A stretch of DNA of 53,204 nucleotides, the filler included, from Porpidia crustulata (Eukaryota): the NCBI GenBank assembly GCA_964255105.1. It is 4 parts of 4 records of this genome, joined end to end, with 100 filler letters (N's around TTAATTAATTAA, not from the genome) between each part and the next. Parts side by side here need not be neighbours in the genome. Positions count along the whole stretch, not along the records: positions 1 to 13,288 come from CAXUWE010000449.1; 3 more parts are not named here. One strand, written 5' to 3'. The notes under the pieces were generated by a model. It was given only the letters and a program-made list of their open reading frames with translations, had not been told where the DNA came from and did not search any database. Shown here one piece after another: positions 1 to 11,307 of the stretch (position 1 is the first letter of the stretch; each line of letters opens with the position of its first letter). The translations under genes were made by a program, and so were the position numbers.

Positions 1-446
1 TATTTCTTCGTTGATTTACCACCATAGCTAGGTAGTTAGGAGGCCCCTAACAAATGAAGATTGGAATGAAAAAAATTCAAAAGTCTTCTTACGAATCATG
101 ATGAAAACAGCGAAATAAATTGTTTAATTTAAAAGCAAATGGTGGATATAGCTTTACATAACGATATTAGGCATGCTACAGTCAATTAAATAAGTAGATA
201 ATGACTGCTGTATAAAAGTAGGATTTCTGGTCGTTCAAGCCTTTCCCGCCAGTTTTTTTTGGGGGGGGGGGTGGTTCTTCAGCCCCCCCATTTTCCACAC
301 GACGATATTTTCAAAGTCGAGAAGCTGCGCTCTACATTACTCCAAATCCTTCACAGAACGGTTATAATTAAACAGCAGTCTCGACAGTCATCATTAAATA
401 CTCTAAAAATTATCGATCAACATCGCACGATTCCATATTGTCATCC

Positions 447-1076
447 ATGGAGAAGTCAGCCGCCCTCACCGCTCGCCTGAAATTCCTGGACACCTCAGCC
501 AATTTCTACTCTACCATCGCACCTTCGATTGCGGCCCATTTAATGCTCGAATGTAATGCCGTAGCTACAGAGAACAACAAAACCTTGAAAAATCCCAGTG
601 GGGATGGTTTCTGCAATGCCTGTGGCACCATTCGCATCTCCGGTCGAAACTTCCGTACCACGATCGAAGTCCCTAAAAAAGGAAAGGAATTTTCTTCGGA
701 GACTAAGGAAATGGCTTTTGAGGATTCAAAAAGGATTAAAGTCCAGGGGCAAGTAGTGACTGAGTGTTTTGTGTGTCACCGAAAAACGAGAGTACCTGTA
801 TCGGCTTCACAAGGGTCCAGGCCAAGTCAGGCGCGAGAGATAAGTAGCACAAACACAGCTTCGACAACCACTGCGTCTGCTTTTGATACTAAAACAGCGG
901 GCGAAACTTCGGACACAACCACTCATAAACCCAGTCCTTCTTACAACAGCAGTAAGAAGAGGACTAAAATTCGAAAACACGGGGGATTACAGGCTATGCT
1001 TGAGAAATCAAAGGGAAACGATCATACGGCTGCAGGCTCGCAGCTGAATCTCATGGATTTTATGAAACATATCTGA
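447..1076 (+). CDS. RNase P/MRP subunit, Rpr2/Rpp21/Snm1 family (zinc-binding)
   Basis: ATG at 447 (the track's 438 start is TTG). Two CxxC pairs (CNAC, CFVC), a basic C-terminal tail SKKRTKIRKHGGLQAML and a terminal LNLMDFM, as I recall for fungal Rpr2-domain proteins. No introns. Confidence 0.7.
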   Translation: MEKSAALTARLKFLDTSANFYSTIAPSIAAHLMLECNAVATENNKTLKNPSGDGFCNACGTIRISGRNFRTTIEVPKKGKEFSSETKEMAFEDSKRIKVQGQVVTECFVCHRKTRVPVSASQGSRPSQAREISSTNTASTTTASAFDTKTAGETSDTTTHKPSPSYNSSKKRTKIRKHGGLQAMLEKSKGNDHTAAGSQLNLMDFMKHI

Positions 1077-1601
1077 GCTATGGAAGCTGAATTTTTACAC
1101 TATCACACATGGCGAGTGATCTGATTTGTATGTTGAGGTCGCTGGCGAGTCCTGAGACGTGTGGAGAAATTGATCTAAGCGATAATAGAATCATACATAG
1201 CCCGAAGAGGATTTTGACTCTGATAGCAACAGATTATAGGTGGCGGCGCGGGAAAAGACACTAACAACAACGCGAGTCGTTGAACCAGTCGCATAGTGAA
1301 AATCAGCAATATCGATACTGGATCAATGCTACTGACAGCCCGCTCAACGGTGTGGCCAGTCTACTTATAGGTTGGGGGGTAAGAGCATTAGAGTAGGTGC
1401 GCTTGATGGTCGTCGCTATCTCGAGAGGGGCATATTGCAACTTTGTTCTGCCGGCTGTAACGGTTCCTTGATAGGCACGGGAGTTAAGGTCTCTGCTTTC
1501 GGTCTAACGAGGATCTTCAAAGGGTTTAAAATGGCATGACCCTCATCAAACGTTCTAGTATTGTTTTTCACCGCTTCCGGTGGAGCGGGTCAATACTCCT
1601 T

Positions 1602-2802
1602 TCAGCTTATAGCTATGTCCCTCTCGTTAACCTTCTTCAGCCGCTCAATGTGGTCTAAGATTCTCTCCTTCCATTTCTGATAGTCTGCTCTTCGCCTATC
1701 GCTCAAATAGTCGACCTGATCTCGCATCTAGATTATATCAGGAAGCGATTCCAGTTGGAAGAATATGACTCTCACCATTGTTCCTAAACCAGCTTGCAGG
1801 TAATTTTGGTCTCCGTCTCTATTCTGATTAAAGTTTACAACCGTTTCATGAATACCTTCCTCGTCATCCGAAACCTCCCCGTGCTCGTCTCCCGCTTCGG
1901 CAGCCACTAGCCCACCCCCGAGTGGTATATTTGCAAACCAGTCCATGTCCGCCCAACCCTCATGACCAATCAGTCTCATACATTCGTTAACGTCGGCTTC
2001 TTCGACTTCTTCCCTATCGTGATGTTCGCTTGCGCTGCTTTTGAGCAGTCTCAGTGCCTCAGCCCTCTGTCGAGGATATTCGTCTGAATCTGTCCCGACC
2101 CCTGACAAGCGGGTTATAGCAAGAAAGAGTACAGCGATGATCAAAGCTGGGGCTTTGACCATACCCAACGAATACGGATTTCCATCTTGTTGTGACGGAA
2201 GGGCAAGGATGGACGATACTCCTGCAAAGACGTGGGGTGGAGCTTGAGGTGCACCAAAATTCTTGCACAAGTGACGTATCGTAGGCATGACCCATTTTGG
2301 AATGTCGTCTGTATTTGAATGCCGTTGTGAGGCCTTTCTTCTGGGGGTTGTGGGCTTGGGCAGTGGCCTTTTCTGTGGTGTCTTGGGCTTTGCTGGGGAA
2401 GTTGTAGGTCTTGCTGTCGATCTATCTACCATTGGAAGCCGCTCACTCCGCCGTTTACCAGGAGGCAATGCTGCCTCAAGAAACTTGTAAAGTTTTTGGT
2501 ATACTTTCGGTGGACATGGTGGGCGAGGTTGGCATTGAGGTAGATTCAGTTTTTGTTGCAATCTAGGTCGTTCAGTAGATGCCTTAATACTTAAAAACAA
2601 GTGAATGAGAGCCCTCACACCTCTCACAAGCAAGATTTGCGCACGCGTAAGATCTAGCTATCTCCTCATCGGCTTTTAGGCTACTTGCCTTACTTCGGGA
2701 CTGGGCGAGAAGAGACGCAGCAAGCTCTTGGAGCTCGGTTGGTATGGGCCCTGAGAAGGCTGGTATCAATCCGTTCAACGCCTGCGCAATTGATTTGTCC
2801 AT
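1602..2802 (-). CDS. ORC6: Origin recognition complex subunit 6
   Basis: Exons 2802-2621, 2562-1776 and 1727-1602; introns GTGTGA..TAG (58 nt) and GTGAGA..TAG (48 nt). Motifs SLLAQSRSKASSLKADEEIARSYACANLACERL, PRPPCPPKVYQKLY and C-terminal GLGTMMRDQVDYLSDRRRADYQKWK match fungal Orc6. Confidence 0.9.
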
Positions 2803-3304
2803 CTTAAGAATTGTTGAACAGAGACTAGGGAGGAGCTTAGAAAGACTTGAATGTTTTCACACGCATGATTCACATGCAGGAACGACTCTTACCCGTCGAC
2901 CTAGGCTTCTCTAGGCTTTATTCAGATCTAATCTGATTAGATTAGTGCTCATCTACCACACTGAATCTTTTGTAGGAACATTTATATTCAATACGCAATG
3001 TGGCTCTAGTATTTGCAATTAAATGTGGTTTCAGGTTTAAAGATGTGAGCTTGAAATAGGCTTGGATGTACTGCCTCATATCACATCCTGTTTTTATGTT
3101 GCGTCTGTATCCCAAGCACAACACCTAGCACTTATAAATCTCATCTCATGAGGTGTGCTAACAAGAAATCTGTACTATTTATCCTCGATGACCCATCTTT
3201 ACCAGATTTCCTATTTCTTCTTATGTTTTGAGCGCACCCCAAGATTTCAAGGGATATTTTCAGCAGGCAAGGAAGAATAGACGCTGGGAAGAGTCATCAG
3301 CAAT

Positions 3305-6300
3305 ATGGTACCTATGATTTCGGATCCGCTTTCGCTGGGGAGGGAAATGCTTCTCGAGCTTGAAGACGGTGTGCTGTTTCATGGGCATAGCTTTGGTGCG
3401 GAGAAAAGCGTATCGGGCGAGATGGTGTTTCAAACGGGTATGGTGGGATATCCTCAGTCGATCACGGATCCTTCTTATCGAGGACAAATCCTGGTCATCA
3501 CATACCCACTAGTTGGGAATTACGGAGTTCCATCAAGAGAGACACGGGATCATTTGCTCAATGACCTGCCTGCTCACTTCGAGGCTGCCGAAATTCATGT
3601 TGCCGGGCTCGTTGTTGCATCCTACTCTGGCGAAGATTTCTCTCATCATCTTGCAGCGTCTTCATTGGGAAGATGGATGAAGGAGCAAGGCGTTCCTGCC
3701 TTACAAGGTGTTGACACTCGAGCTCTGACGAAGCGGATTCGGCGGGAAGGAAGTATGCTAGGCAAGATGCTGATAGAGGACAGGCCCAGAACAAACGGTG
3801 TTGTCAACGGGGTTACCGCTGCGAGGAAAAATATAAAGAACCCCTTTTCGCAAGATGTGCGAGCAAAATTCGACCGTATTGATTGGTCCAATCCAAATAC
3901 GAAGAATTTGGTGGCTGATGGTATGGGCTTCCGAAATCCAAGCTCTTGAAATCCTGACATTGGGTGTAGTCTCGGGACGAGAGCCTCGCATCTATAAACC
4001 ACCATTGGTTAATGCTCTGAGACACCCGTCTGGACGTCTTCTCCGTGTCGTCTGCGTAGATGTTGGACTTAAATTTAATCAATTAAGGTGTCTGGTCTCG
4101 AGAGGTGTAGAGGTCCAAGTTGTGCCATGGGATTACGACTTTCCGAGTCTTTCGGGCAAGGATTACGATGGGCTGTTTATATCTAATGGCCCTGGAGACC
4201 CTGCAATACTCACATCTACCATACAACATATCTCAAATGCCATGCGAGAGGGGAGAACCCCGATCTTTGCAATCTGCCTCGGCCATCAGCTTCTTGCTCG
4301 TGCTGCGGGAGCACAAACCGTGAAAATGAAGTATGGAAATCGAGGGCACAATATCCCCTGCAACAGTCTCACCTCTGGCAAATGTTACATCACTTCCCAA
4401 AATCACGGTTTTGCAGTGGATACAACGACTCTTCCCATCGATTGGGAAGAAACATTTGTCAACGCGAACGATGGTAGCAACGAAGGGATCCGACACAGAA
4501 CACGTCCATACTTCAGTGTACAGTTCCATCCCGAAAGCACTCCTGGTCCTCGCGACACGGAATTTCTTTTTGACGTCTTCATTGACGCGATCAAGGATTG
4601 TGTTGTCTCTACGAAAGCATTAGAGCAGCCAGTCGCATTTCCAGGTGGCAAGATAGAGGATAATGTACTGCTCCATCCTAGGGTGATCGCAAAGAAGGTT
4701 TTAATACTTGGTAGCGGAGGCCTCAGTTTTGGTGAAGCTGGTGATTTTGACTAGTCTGGTAGCCAAGCGATCAAAGCTCTTAAACAAGAGAACATTTATA
4801 CCATTCTTATAAATCCAAATATTGCTACTATCCAGACATCAAAAGGGCTTGCTGACAAAGTCTACTTCCTTCCCGTGACTGCAGATTCTGTACGAAAAAT
4901 AATTGAGTATGAGCGGCCAGACGCAATATATGTTACATTTGGTGGGCAGACTGCACTGCAAGTAGGTATTGCCATGAAGAATGAGTTTGATGATCTGGGG
5001 GTCAAAGTCTTGGGCACGCCCATCGATACTATCATCACAACTGAAGACCGGGAGCTTTTCGCCCGTAGTATGGAATCCATCGGCGAGAAGTGTGCAAAAT
5101 CGGCCTCGGCAAGCTCTGTTGAAGAGGCTCTACAAGTGGTCAAAGACATAGGATTTCCCGTTATTGTACGTGCCGCATACGCCTTGGGGGGCCTGGGCAG
5201 TGGTTTCGCAGAGGACGATCAGCAGCTTCTTGAGCTGTGTAACAAAGCATTCGCCGCAAGTCCGCAGGTCCTGATAGAAAGAAGTATGAAAGGCTGGAAG
5301 GAAATTGAGTACGAAGTTGTTCGAGACGCCAGGGATAATTGCATCACAGTCTGCAACATGGAGAATTTTGATCCTCTGGGTATCCATACGGGCGACTCTA
5401 TCGTTGTGGCTCCATCGCAAACTCTCTCTGATGAGGATTACAATATGCTGCGAACCACGGCCGTTAATGTTATCAGACACCTGGGTGTGGTTGGAGAGTG
5501 CAACATACAGTATGCCCTCAACCCATTCTCACGGGAATACTGCATTATAGAAGTCAATGCTCGGCTTTCAAGATCATCTGCCCTCGCTTCGAAGGCGACC
5601 GGTTATCCTCTAGCATTTATAGCTGCAAAACTGGGGCTAGGGATACCATTAAACGAAATCTCAAACACGGTGACTAAGGTTACAACCGCATGCTTTGAGC
5701 CATCACTCGACTACGTCGTGGTAAAGATTCCGAGATGGGACCTGAAGAAGTTCACCAGGGTCTCTACGGAGCTGAATTCGTCCATGAAGAGTGTTGGAGA
5801 AGTGATGAGTATCGGTAGAACGTTCGAAGAAGCCATTCAGAAAGCGATTCGTTCTATCGACTTCCACAACCTAGGATTCAATGCCACGAATGCTTTGATG
5901 TCTATTGACAACGAGCTACAAACACCGTCGGACCAGCGACTTTTCGCAATAGCTAATGCTATGTACTCAGGATATAGCGTTGATAAGATATGGGAAATGA
6001 CCAAAATCGATAAGTGGTTTCTGAGCAAATTGAAAGGCTTGAGTGATTTTGGGAAGAGAGCCGAGGCACTTGATTCCGCCAGCTTGTCGCCAACTATAAT
6101 ACGCAAAGCAAAGCAACTGGGCTTCTCTGATCGGCAACTCGCTAGCTTCTGTAGCCTCAATGAATCGACTGTCCGTCGTCTACGTGTTGAAGCAGGGATA
6201 AAACCTTTTGTGAAACAAATCGATACTGTCGCTGCCGAATTTCCCGCATTCACAAACTATTTATACCTGACATATAATGGAATTGAGCACGATATCAGCT

Positions 6301-9300
6301 TTGATGATCACGGCGTCATGGTATTGGGATCTGGCGTATACCGTATCGGATCATCAGTCGAGTTTGACTGGTGCTCAGTCAGAGCAATTCGTACGTTAAG
6401 AGAGCAGGGTTTCAAGACTGTCATGGTCAATTACAACCCAGAGACTGTGAGTACTGATTACGACGAGGCGGACAGACTCTACTTTGAGACTATCAATCTT
6501 GAGACTGTATTGGACATCTATCAATTGGAGTCCTCAAGTGGCGTCATCATCTCAATGGGTGGTCAGACTCCCAATAATATCGCTCTTCCCCTTCATCGTC
6601 TAAATGTGAAGGTTCTCGGAACTTCTCCAGACATGATTGACATGGCCGAGGACCGATATAATTTCTCGCGTATGTTAGATCGTATTTACGTTGATCAGCC
6701 AGCGTGGAAAGAGCTGAGTAGCTTCGAAGAAGCGGCAGAATTCTGCAACAATGTCAGATATCCTGTATTGGTAAGGCCGTCTTATGTTCTGTCCGGTGCT
6801 GCAATGAACACTGTGTACTCCAAAGATGATCTTGCAAGCTATCTGGCTCAGGCTGTCGAGGTATCTAAAGACCACCCAGTGGTAATCACTAAGTACATTG
6901 AGAACGCAAAGGAAATAGAAATGGATGCTGTTGCCCGGGATGGTAAGATGGTGGGACACTTCATCTCCGAACATGTCGAGAACGCAGGTGTGCACTCGGG
7001 TGATGCTACTCTCATACTTCCACCTCAAGATCTTGAACCTGAGACGGTCCGAAGAATTGAAGAGGCGACAAGGAAGATTGGAAATGCATTGGACATTACT
7101 GGACCCTACAATATCCAATTCATCGCGAAGGACAACGAAATAAAGGTGATCGAATGCAATGTTCGCGCTTCCAGATCATTTCCATTTGTCTCCAAAGTAA
7201 TGGGTGTAGACCTCATAGAGATGGCGACCAAGGCTATCATGGGAGTTCCTCTAGTCGCATATCCGCCAATAGACATTCCGAAGGACTGTGTTGGGGTAAA
7301 AGTCCCCCAGTTCTCGTTTTCCAGGCTTTCTGGTGCGGATCCAGTGTTGGGTGTGGAGATGGCTTCGACTGGCGAAGTCGCTTGCTTTGGGCGAGACAAG
7401 TACGAAGCATACATCAAGGCTTTGATGTCGACGGGCTTTCGGTTGCCTAAGAGAAACATTCTACTGTCGATTGGTACATACAAGGAGAAAGCGGAAATGT
7501 TACCTTCTATCCGAAATCTGCACAAAATGGGGTACAATCTATTTGCTACTGCTGGAACAGCCGACTATCTAGAAGAGCACGGCATACCGGTGCAGTACCT
7601 CGAGGTCTTGAGCAACGAGCAAGGTAACCAAAAATATGAGCACTCGTTGACACAGCATTTAGCAAATAAACACATCGATTTGTACATCAATCTACCGTCA
7701 AGTAATAGATCCAGACGCCCAGCAAACTACATGAGTCAAGGTTATCGTACTCGAAGGATGGCTGTAGATTATCAAACTCCCTTAGTCACCAATGTCAAGA
7801 ATGCGAAAATCCTCATCGAAGCCATAGCTAGACATTACGATTTCGAGATTTTGAATGTTGACTCTCGGACAGGACATCGTATGGCGGTCTTGCCAGGGTT
7901 GATCAATATCGCAGCGTTCGTCCCTGGTGTGTCCGTCAACGGCAGCAACGATTTCCAACTTGTAACCAAAGCCTCGATTGCTGCAGGCTTTAGCATGATC
8001 CGGATCATGCCCATGGGCCTCGAAGGATCTCTGACAGACAAGAGATCGCTTGGGATAGCCCAGCAAAACAGTAGACAGGGGGCGTTCTGCGATTACAACT
8101 TCTCTGTTGCTGCTACCTCAACGAACGCGGAGCAGGCCAGTCAAGTGACATATGAGGTTGGATCGCTTTTTATTCCGTTCAATCATTTGTCATGCAACAT
8201 CAGCAAAGTGGCTGCCATAACTTCCCACTTTACTGCGTGGCCTGATAATAAGCCTATGGTTACGGACGCGAAGACGACGGACCTTGCCTCCGTCCTGCTA
8301 CTGGCCAGCCTGCATAGTAGAAATCTACATGTCACGAGCGTGACAACAGAAGATGACATCAAGCTGATTGCCCTAAGCAAATCAAAAGGGCTGCAAGTCA
8401 CGTGCGATGTGTCGGTCTACTCGCTGTTCCTTTCGCAAGAAGATTATCCTCAGTGCACTTTCCTACCGACACTCCAAGACCAAAAAGCGCTATGGGAACA
8501 CATGGCCATCATCGACATCTTTTCAATTGGCAGTCTCCCATACCAGGTTGCTTTTGAGATGAAAAAGGAGATTTCGCCAGCAATAGGAGTGGCCGATACC
8601 ATCCCACTGTTATGTACCGCTGTCGCTGAAGGCAGGCTTACTATAGAGGATATTATCGCGAAGCTGCACGACAGCCCCAAGGAGATCTTTGAGCTTCACG
8701 AACAGACGGGGACTTCGATCGAGATTGAGGTAGATCGATCCTTTGTGCTGCAGCCCTCATCCACTTGGTCACCATTTGCTGGCAAAACCATGCGAGGATC
8801 GGTGCAGAGAGTCACCTTTCAAGATAAGACAATCTGCCTGGACCGTGAGATACTGCCGAATGCACGTCACGGAGTCGACATGTCTACTCATTCAATACAG
8901 TCAAATCAGATGAAGTCACCAGCGCTCAAGGCCGTGCCTTCGCCCAGCATAGGCTCAAGATCCGAGACTCCGAGAGGGAGACGTCAATCTTTGGTCACCG
9001 CCCCTGCAGCCCTCCGTCGACGACAAGTCGATCTGCCAACTATGCAATCTCCAAATGGCGCGATACCAGGAGGAACGGAAGAATTTGGCCCTCCACTTCC
9101 TCCGGTGGACCATTCTGCGACATCCCTATCATCATCTTTCCTAGAATCCCTGGCAAAATCTCCGTTTAAGCAAAAAGACATCCTCTCCGTTTCTCAATTC
9201 ACTCGCCATGATCTCCACATCCTATTCACCGTCGCCGATGAAATGCGCCTCGGCGTTCAACGTCAAGGAGTCCTTGACATCCTCAAAGGCCGTGTCCTAT

Positions 9301-10160
9301 GCACTCTCTTCTACGAGCCTTCCACTCGCACCTCCGCCTCCTTCGACGCCGCCATGCAACGCCTCGGCGGCCGCACCGTCGCCATCGCCACCTCTCACTC
9401 TAGCACCCTAAAAGGCGAAACCCTCGAAGACACCATCCGCACCCTCGGCTGCTACGGCGACGCAGTCGTCCTGCGCCACCCCGACGAATCCAGCGCCGAC
9501 CGGGCCGCCAAGTGCTCCATGGTCCCCGTCATCAACGGCGGCAACGGCTGCCGCGAACACCCGACCCAGGCCTTCCTCGACCTCTTCACCATCCGCGCCG
9601 AGCTCGGCACCGTCACCCGGCGCACCATCACCTTCGTCGGTGACCTCCGCTACGGCCGCACCGTCCACTCCCTCATCAAACTGCTGCGGCACTACGAAGG
9701 CGTGCGCGTCCAGCTCATCTTCCCGCCCTCGCTCGCCCTGCCCGCCGACGTTCGCCAGCAGCTCATCGCCGCGGGGCAGCTCGCCTCGTCCGGTCACGAA
9801 CTAACCAAGGAGGTCGTCGCCCGCTCCGACGTGCTGTACTGCACGCGCGTGCAAAAGGAGCGCTTCGACGACCTGGACGAGTACGCCCGGCTCAAGGATA
9901 GTTTCGTCGTGGACGGCGCGGTGCTGAAGAACGCTAAGAGCCATATGATTGTCATGCATCCGCTGCCGCGCAACCAGGAGATTGCGGTCGATGTGGATTT
10001 GGACCTCCGGGCGGCTTATTTTAGACAGGTGAGTGGATTTTTTTGTGGCGATCGCCAGTCTTATATCTATCGTAATATGACGCTAATACATGGGAAACTA
10101 CAGATGCGATACGGACTTTATGTCCGGATGGCGCTGCTTGCCTTGGTTTTGGCGCCGTGA
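3305..10160 (+). CDS. URA2: Multifunctional pyrimidine enzyme GATase-CPSase-(inactive DHOase-like)-ATCase, URA2/pyrABCN; carries an in-frame TAG at 4752-4754
   Basis: Exons 3305-3920, 3970-10028 and 10104-10160 (introns 3921-3969 and 10029-10103). GATase motifs: SNGPGDP, ICLGHQL, FHPE. CPS motifs: [40 protein letters not shown]. The DHOase-like domain lacks the HxH metal ligands ([10 protein letters not shown]), as expected for fungal URA2. ATCase motifs: [18 protein letters not shown]. The frame is continuous across the single TAG. Confidence 0.95.
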
Positions 10161-11307
10161 AGTTTATATTTTTGCGATACGGGGTCAATGTCGAAGGAAT
10201 AGGCGAGCTGCGAAGAAGAAATGGAGCGGAGACGTTGCAGATAGAAAAACCTCACATCATGCGAACTATGTTGGAAATCCTTCGGCAAAATTTTCGGGTA
10301 TCCCAGTTCTGGGTGCAAAAAAAGTTGTTGTATATAGATTATATTTGGGGGCGTCTGAAAAAGTTTTTGATTATTGTTGAAAGTCGTCACATGGACTACG
10401 GGGGCATTCCACTTCTTGGCTCTCTACTCATCAAATAAACATAAACGATCATCGGGGTATTTATATACGAGACGTTGTTGCCGCCGTCCCCTTGCGTGTA
10501 TTATATTGTAGCGTCACCGCCTTTGTTCATGCTCGAAGCATCCTGCGCTCCACGCTCCACGCCGGCCGTCCACCCTTCTTCCAAGGGGGAACCTTTACCC
10601 TCGTCCTTCGATGATCTAACCACGTAGCACGTAGTATCCGATCCGATTCCCCCTTTTCCCCGAAGTCGAGACATTGACACGGAGGCAGCGCCCGATTAGG
10701 GGGACTCAGGGGCGACGACCGGGGCGCGAACGCTGGGAGACCTCACGTATACATAAACACTTCGGTAGGGCCGCGCATTTTGTGCTTGCGTTGATAACGG
10801 GAACGGGATCGCGCGCTTGGTGGGGGAGCGTTTCGTTGCTGCGCGAGTGGGTTTGGGGCATCTGCTGCTTGGCTTACGGGTATTTTATTTTTTTTCGTTG
10901 CCGTCTCGAGTGTTTCTCTTTTGGTGGAGTTTGGATGGGCCGCGGTCGTAGAGCGGAGGGAGCTGGGTCGAGGATGTGTGTTTGGCTGACTGACGATTTG
11001 GATCATGTGCCGGTGGTTGTGATCGCGAGAGCATTAGGGAGTGAGCAAAGAGAGGAACGAGTTGACCTTGGCGGATTCTGTCAGGTGGGAGTGTTCGCAT
11101 GATGGCATGGCTCCTGTTGGGCTGGCGTACTGGAGCGATTGCAATGTATACAATCTTTCCTCTTAAAAATAATAATTCTACCATCTCACATCCATCCCAG
11201 CCTCGCGACTTCTAAAGATACTAAATCTCTTGGTTCCCGTCGTTCACTTGAGTACATATCTGGCGTGCCGATTGGCGATGCCCACAGATTCTTGCATCGT
11301 GATATTG

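Noticed and set aside
1..290. AT-rich contig start followed by T8-G11 and a C7 run (possible RIP-degraded transposon end or hairpin)
   Set aside because: No ORF remnant, terminal repeat partner or second copy is visible. Homopolymer runs alone are insufficient evidence.
4752..4754. Genome-wide reassignment of TAG to a sense codon as the explanation for the URA2 stop
   Set aside because: TAG is the true terminator at conserved C-termini on other contigs (NUS1 RFGR-TAG at 23102, S53 peptidase at 17231) and also ends the HeLo ORF on the same contig. No other gene here has an internal TAG.
4683..4754. A 72-nt in-frame intron (GTGATC..CTAG) that would remove the URA2 stop
   Set aside because: The donor is poor and there is no properly spaced branch site. 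Removal would delete the conserved [14 protein letters not shown] segment of the CPS domain.
7880..8900. Degenerate dihydroorotase domain as a sign of pseudogenisation
   Set aside because: An inactive DHOase-like domain is the normal state of fungal URA2/pyrABCN.
3305..10160. Separate carA-like and carB-like genes, as the ORF track suggests
   Set aside because: The first break is an ordinary intron (3921-3969). The second is a single in-frame stop inside the CPS domain rather than at the domain boundary. The track's 4875 start is a GTG within conserved sequence.
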